Shown here: positions 60,840 through 64,000 of the stretch, piece by piece
How the letters are laid out: every line of letters starts with the position of its first letter
Position numbering within the stretch: the first letter of the stretch is position 1
Assembly: GCA_965224085.1 (NCBI GenBank)
Contig: CBDCYI010000011.1
Span: 96,001 to 160,000 of the forward strand
From: Candidatus Marinacidobacterales bacterium
GTDB taxonomy: Bacteria > Acidobacteriota > Vicinamibacteria > Marinacidobacterales > SMYC01
Direction of reading: 5' to 3'
DNA length: 64,000 bases
Notes under the pieces: generated by a model
The model's input: only the letters and a program-made list of their open reading frames with translations
What the model was told of the DNA's origin: nothing
The model's database searches: none
Position numbers and translations under genes: made by a program

Positions 60840-61427
60840 GTGTCTCACTCGGGGATGGTTGAAACCCCTCGCCTTCAGGCGAAGCCTTTAGGAGGCTTGC
60901 GGTACGATCCCCGGATGAAAGGATATCGGAAATCATCGCACACGACGTATCAATTAAACTACCATTTCGTATTCATCCCGAAGTACCGCAAGCCGGTATT
61001 GAGAGGAGATGTAGCACTTCGCCTGCGGGAGTTGATAAGAGAGATCTGTGCGACGCACCACATAGAAATACTGAAGGGCCATGTACGGCCAGAGCACGTT
61101 CATCTGTTGCTGAGCGTGCCGCCACGGCTGTCGCCGAGCCGAGTAATGCAGGCGATCAAGGGGAAGACATCGCACAAGCTGATGCGTGATTTTCGAGCGA
61201 TCCGCAAGAAGTTTTGGGGTCGGCACCTGTGGGCGCGCGGCTATTTTGTAGCGACGAGCGGAAACGTGACCGATGAGGTTGTGGCCAAGTACATCGAGCT
61301 GCAAGGAGAGCTGCCGGAAGACGACGAGTCGTTCAGGGTAAGCGAGTAATCCTCCGCCGTGCGCCTTTAGGCGACTTTAGTCGCCCGCGAACCCATCGCC
61401 TTTAGGCGATGGAGCGCACCCGCTCAG
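60840..61427 (+). mobile_element. IS200/IS605 family element (tnpA only)
   Basis: Subterminal hairpins CGCCTTCAGGCG and CATCGCCTTTAGGCGATG; no target duplication; removing it restores the permease frame. Confidence 0.9.
60915..61349 (+). CDS. tnpA: IS200/IS605 Y1 (HUH) transposase
   Basis: YHFVFIPKYRK, HVH, IKGKTS, LWARGYF, KYIE.Q. Confidence 0.95.
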   Translation: MKGYRKSSHTTYQLNYHFVFIPKYRKPVLRGDVALRLRELIREICATHHIEILKGHVRPEHVHLLLSVPPRLSPSRVMQAIKGKTSHKLMRDFRAIRKKFWGRHLWARGYFVATSGNVTDEVVAKYIELQGELPEDDESFRVSE

Positions 61428-61660
61428 TTCTGTTCGATCCAGTCCTCCATGTCGGGAAAAGACTGGCGGTTGACGACCCGCACGAGGCTCGACGGGTCGC
61501 GGTAAGGGAGCGGCTTCAACATCACCGTGTGGACAACGCTCACGATCGCCGTCGTCGCGCCGATCCCGACCGCAATGGTGAGAACGAGCACGGCGGCGAA
61601 GCCGGGCTCACGCACGAAGCTCCGAAGGGCGACGCGGATATCTCGCAGCATGGCCTTTCC

Positions 61661-62432
61661 CTATACGAGAGCGTCGCGCAACGGGGAACGCGGGTCGGGA
61701 CGTTCTTTCTTGGGTCCGCCGTTGACATCGACCTCGACGTCCAGGTCATCGAGCTCCAGCTCATCCACATCCACGTCCACGTCCACATCGTCTAAATCCA
61801 CGTCGTTGTCGCCATGTTTTGCCAGCCGGCCAATGGCCCAGGCGGCTTGCTCGCGCACATCCGCATCGTCGTCTTTCAGCGCACCGCTGAGCGCGTCGAT
61901 CGCGCGGCTGTCGCCGAGCATTCCGAGCGCCCAGGCGGCCTGTCCGCGAATATCGGCGCTCGAATCGCTGAGCGCCGTGATCAGGACGTCGAAGCTTTCC
62001 GGCGATCGGATCATGCCGACTGCCCAGATCGCTTGCTCCCGCACATCCACGCTCTCGTCGCCCAGCGCCCGGCCCAGACCCTGGATGGCGCGACCGTCTC
62101 GGATCATCCCGAGCCCCCACGCGGCCTGGGAACGGACATTTTCATCGACATCCGTGAGAGCGCCGACGAGGCCGTCGACGGCGTCGCCGTTTCGGATCAT
62201 GCCGCAGGCCCATGCGGCCTGGGCACGGAGGTTTGCATCGTCGTCGCGAAGAGCCGAAACGAGCGCGTCGGCCGCGGCCTCATCTCGGATCATGCCGAGC
62301 GCCCAGGCGGACTGCTCCCGCACGTTCGATGACGTGTCGTTGATGAGCGCGGCGCCGAGTGCGGCGACCGCCTCTTTGCTCCTCGTCATTCCCAGCGCCC
62401 ACGCAGCTTGCTCCCGCACGCTATCGATCTTC
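61661..62432 (-). pseudogene. HEAT-repeat protein, 5'-truncated
   Basis: About seven VREQAAWALG repeats, acidic tail; no plausible start, fused out of frame to the upstream fragment. Confidence 0.7.
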
Positions 62433-62678
62433 TGCGCCGAGCTCGAGGACGATCGCGCGCACGAGCAGGAAATGAAGCGGCGTGTAAAAGCATGCAAAGG
62501 CGGCTCTTTTGCCGGCCCCGTCGAACACCGCCTTGCCGAGCCGGCCTCGCTCCTCGACATAGATGCGAGAGAGCGCTACGACGCCCTTTCGGATCTCCTG
62601 AAACGTCAGCCGCTCGAGCTCGCGCGCCCGAAGCGTTTCGAGCCAGCTCAAAAAGGCTTCGTCGGAGCTCATCATCAT
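62421..62678 (-). pseudogene. Rsm22-like methyltransferase N-terminal fragment
   Basis: LTFQEIRKGVVALSRIYVE...GAGKRAAFACFYTPLHFL; stops before any SAM-binding motif. Confidence 0.5.
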
Positions 62679-62756
62679 CTGAGAGTCTCCTTGCAGACAT
62701 TCTTTAAGTCGGGTATTCTCGCAACGAGGTGAGGGGCTATCGGGACGCAGCAGCAA

Positions 62757-63194
62757 ATGATGCGACTCGCCTTGGATGAGGCGCGACACGCGCTTCACCT
62801 GGGTGAAGTTCCGATCGGTGCCGTGGTGGCGAGCGACCAGCAAGTCGTTGCCTCCGGCTTCAACCAGCCGATTCATTCGGTGGACCCCACGGCCCATGCC
62901 GAGCTCGTCGCTGTGCGCAAAGCAGCTCGAGAGCTCGGAAACTACCGACTTTCGGGCTTGACGCTCTACGTTACCGTCGAGCCTTGTATGATGTGCATTG
63001 GTGCCATTGTGCACGCACGTATTGCTACACTGGTCTATGGCGCCACCGAGCCCAAATTTGGTGGTGTGGAATCTTTGTTTGATTTGAACGAGATACGCAT
63101 GCCGCATCGGCTGTCGATCGTGTCGGGAGTACTGGAGCCAGATTGTAGGAAGATACTGCAGGATTTCTTCAAATACCGCCGCGAGAACGTTTGA
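62757..63194 (+). CDS. tadA: tRNA adenosine(34) deaminase
   Basis: EVPIGAV, DPTAHAE, NYRL, EPCMMC, DFF. Confidence 0.95.
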   Translation: MMRLALDEARHALHLGEVPIGAVVASDQQVVASGFNQPIHSVDPTAHAELVAVRKAARELGNYRLSGLTLYVTVEPCMMCIGAIVHARIATLVYGATEPKFGGVESLFDLNEIRMPHRLSIVSGVLEPDCRKILQDFFKYRRENV

Positions 63195-63223
63195 GAACGA
63201 TTCCCGCGGCCGGCGCGATTCGT

Positions 63224-63319
63224 GGAGAGGTACCGAAGTGGTCGTAACGGGGGCGCCTCGAAAGCGTCTTGTCTGGTGAGTAACTGGGCACGTGGGTTCG
63301 AATCCCACCCTCTCCGCCA
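63224..63319 (+). tRNA. tRNA-Ser (CGA)
   Basis: GGAGAGG/CCTCTCC acceptor stem, anticodon loop CTCGAAA, long variable arm, GTTCGAATC, GCCA end. Confidence 0.96.
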
Positions 63320-63394
63320 ATCGAAATCCTTATTCCGAGACTAAGTCGCCGCCAACGCGCATACACGCATTTCGCCTTTGAAAATCGAGCTTAC

Positions 63395-64000
63395 GTGATC
63401 ATCGCACACGGCACCTGGCTTTCTACGACAAACCGCTTCTTCGTCTGGGGCGAGACCGAGCCTCACGAGGAGACGTCCGCGTCGAACGGCGCCCACCCGC
63501 ATCAACTCGCACTCGAGGATGTGGAGCAGAAGCTTCTCACGGCACTCGCGGACGAGGACACGTCCGTCGAAAGTGAGTCCGACAACATCACGTTTCTCCT
63601 CCCTTCGGAGAACGGATTCCCCATTCCGTCTCCAGAGATCTTTTTTCACCGCGACTCGCCGTCGCCGCTCGAGAAACGGCTGCGTGCCTGGCAAGTGCGG
63701 GGCCTTTCGCTCTCGCCAGAAGCGGCACTCGCGTGGCTGGCCAGGCTGCCAGTCTCGGAAGAAGGACTCCCCCATCGGCTGCGCCTCGGCGCTGACTTGA
63801 GATTCTGGTCGGCGGCGGCGCGCTTCGCGCTCGAGCTTCTTGCTCGCCAGAGGTTCCTTCCCGCTATCGTCGCCGACGGCGAAAATTCGATGGCGCGCTG
63901 GGAGCCGCTCGTAGAGGAAGAGCTGGATCGCATCGACGTGCTCAAAGCGGCGATGCCTCCGGTGTGCCGCGCGGCGAGTGGTGACGAGACCCCGTCTGCC
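63395..64000 (+). CDS. SNF2-related helicase, N-terminal part; runs off window edge
   Basis: Manual translation MIIAHGTW...FFVWGE...LGADLRFWSAAARFALELLARQRFLP...W.P...MPPVCRA, typical of bacterial SNF2 helicase N-termini; absent from the ORF track because no stop is reached. Confidence 0.75.
   Translation, partial: MIIAHGTWLSTTNRFFVWGETEPHEETSASNGAHPHQLALEDVEQKLLTALADEDTSVESESDNITFLLPSENGFPIPSPEIFFHRDSPSPLEKRLRAWQVRGLSLSPEAALAWLARLPVSEEGLPHRLRLGADLRFWSAAARFALELLARQRFLPAIVADGENSMARWEPLVEEELDRIDVLKAAMPPVCRAASGDETPSA

Larger units (their letters stand above)
59061..61651 (-). pseudogene. ADOP/MacB-FtsX type ABC permease, split by IS200 and 3'-truncated by the IS1634 remnant
   Basis: N-terminus MLRDIRVALRSF...WIEQN (61651-61427) continues as QTVETFGGY at 60839; CANVAGLLLAR and REMALRTALGA motifs; ends at RFHVALLG. 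Confidence 0.88.

Noticed and set aside
59880-61349. Apparent 489-aa fusion ending in an IS200 transposase
   Set aside because: The N-terminal part is antisense to the permease; real tnpA starts at ATG 60915 inside the element
61720-61810. (D/E-V/L)n acidic repeat with TCCACG/TCCACA tandem units
   Set aside because: Low-complexity coding tail of the HEAT-repeat gene, not an independent repeat element
1-64000. CRISPR array, cas genes, rRNA, prophage genes
   Set aside because: No regularly spaced repeats or recognisable motifs seen on reading

Overview
GC-rich bacterial window. The gene content (ADOP-type ABC permease, Ser/Thr kinase-TPR and PD40 proteins, CarboxypepD_reg TonB receptor, DUF885, HEAT-repeat protein) suggests Acidobacteriota, probably Vicinamibacteria-like; this is inference only. 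Core genes lie at both ends (tRNA-Leu(CAA), carD, plsC-like, glnA; tadA, tRNA-Ser(CGA), SNF2 helicase). They frame an accessory region of about 46 kb (~12.7-59.1 kb). It holds an IS5 element, a low-GC spermidine-synthase-domain membrane gene and a large uncharacterised catabolic locus: TonB receptor, secreted S9/M20/DUF885/GGT-like hydrolases, TAXI-TRAP transporter, opine/hydroxyproline-dehydrogenase-like three-subunit oxidase, three DapA-like paralogs, TauD dioxygenase, enolase-superfamily enzyme, class III aminotransferase, ThDP enzyme, DadA-like oxidase and a GntR regulator. Three different IS1634 elements are stacked or nested at YTAG sites, and the empty site of one insertion is preserved elsewhere in the window. 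An IS200/IS605 element splits an ABC permease. A decayed tRNA-Leu islet and more than ten internally deleted gene fragments point to ongoing genome erosion. All protein calls come from motif recognition by eye; no database searches were run.
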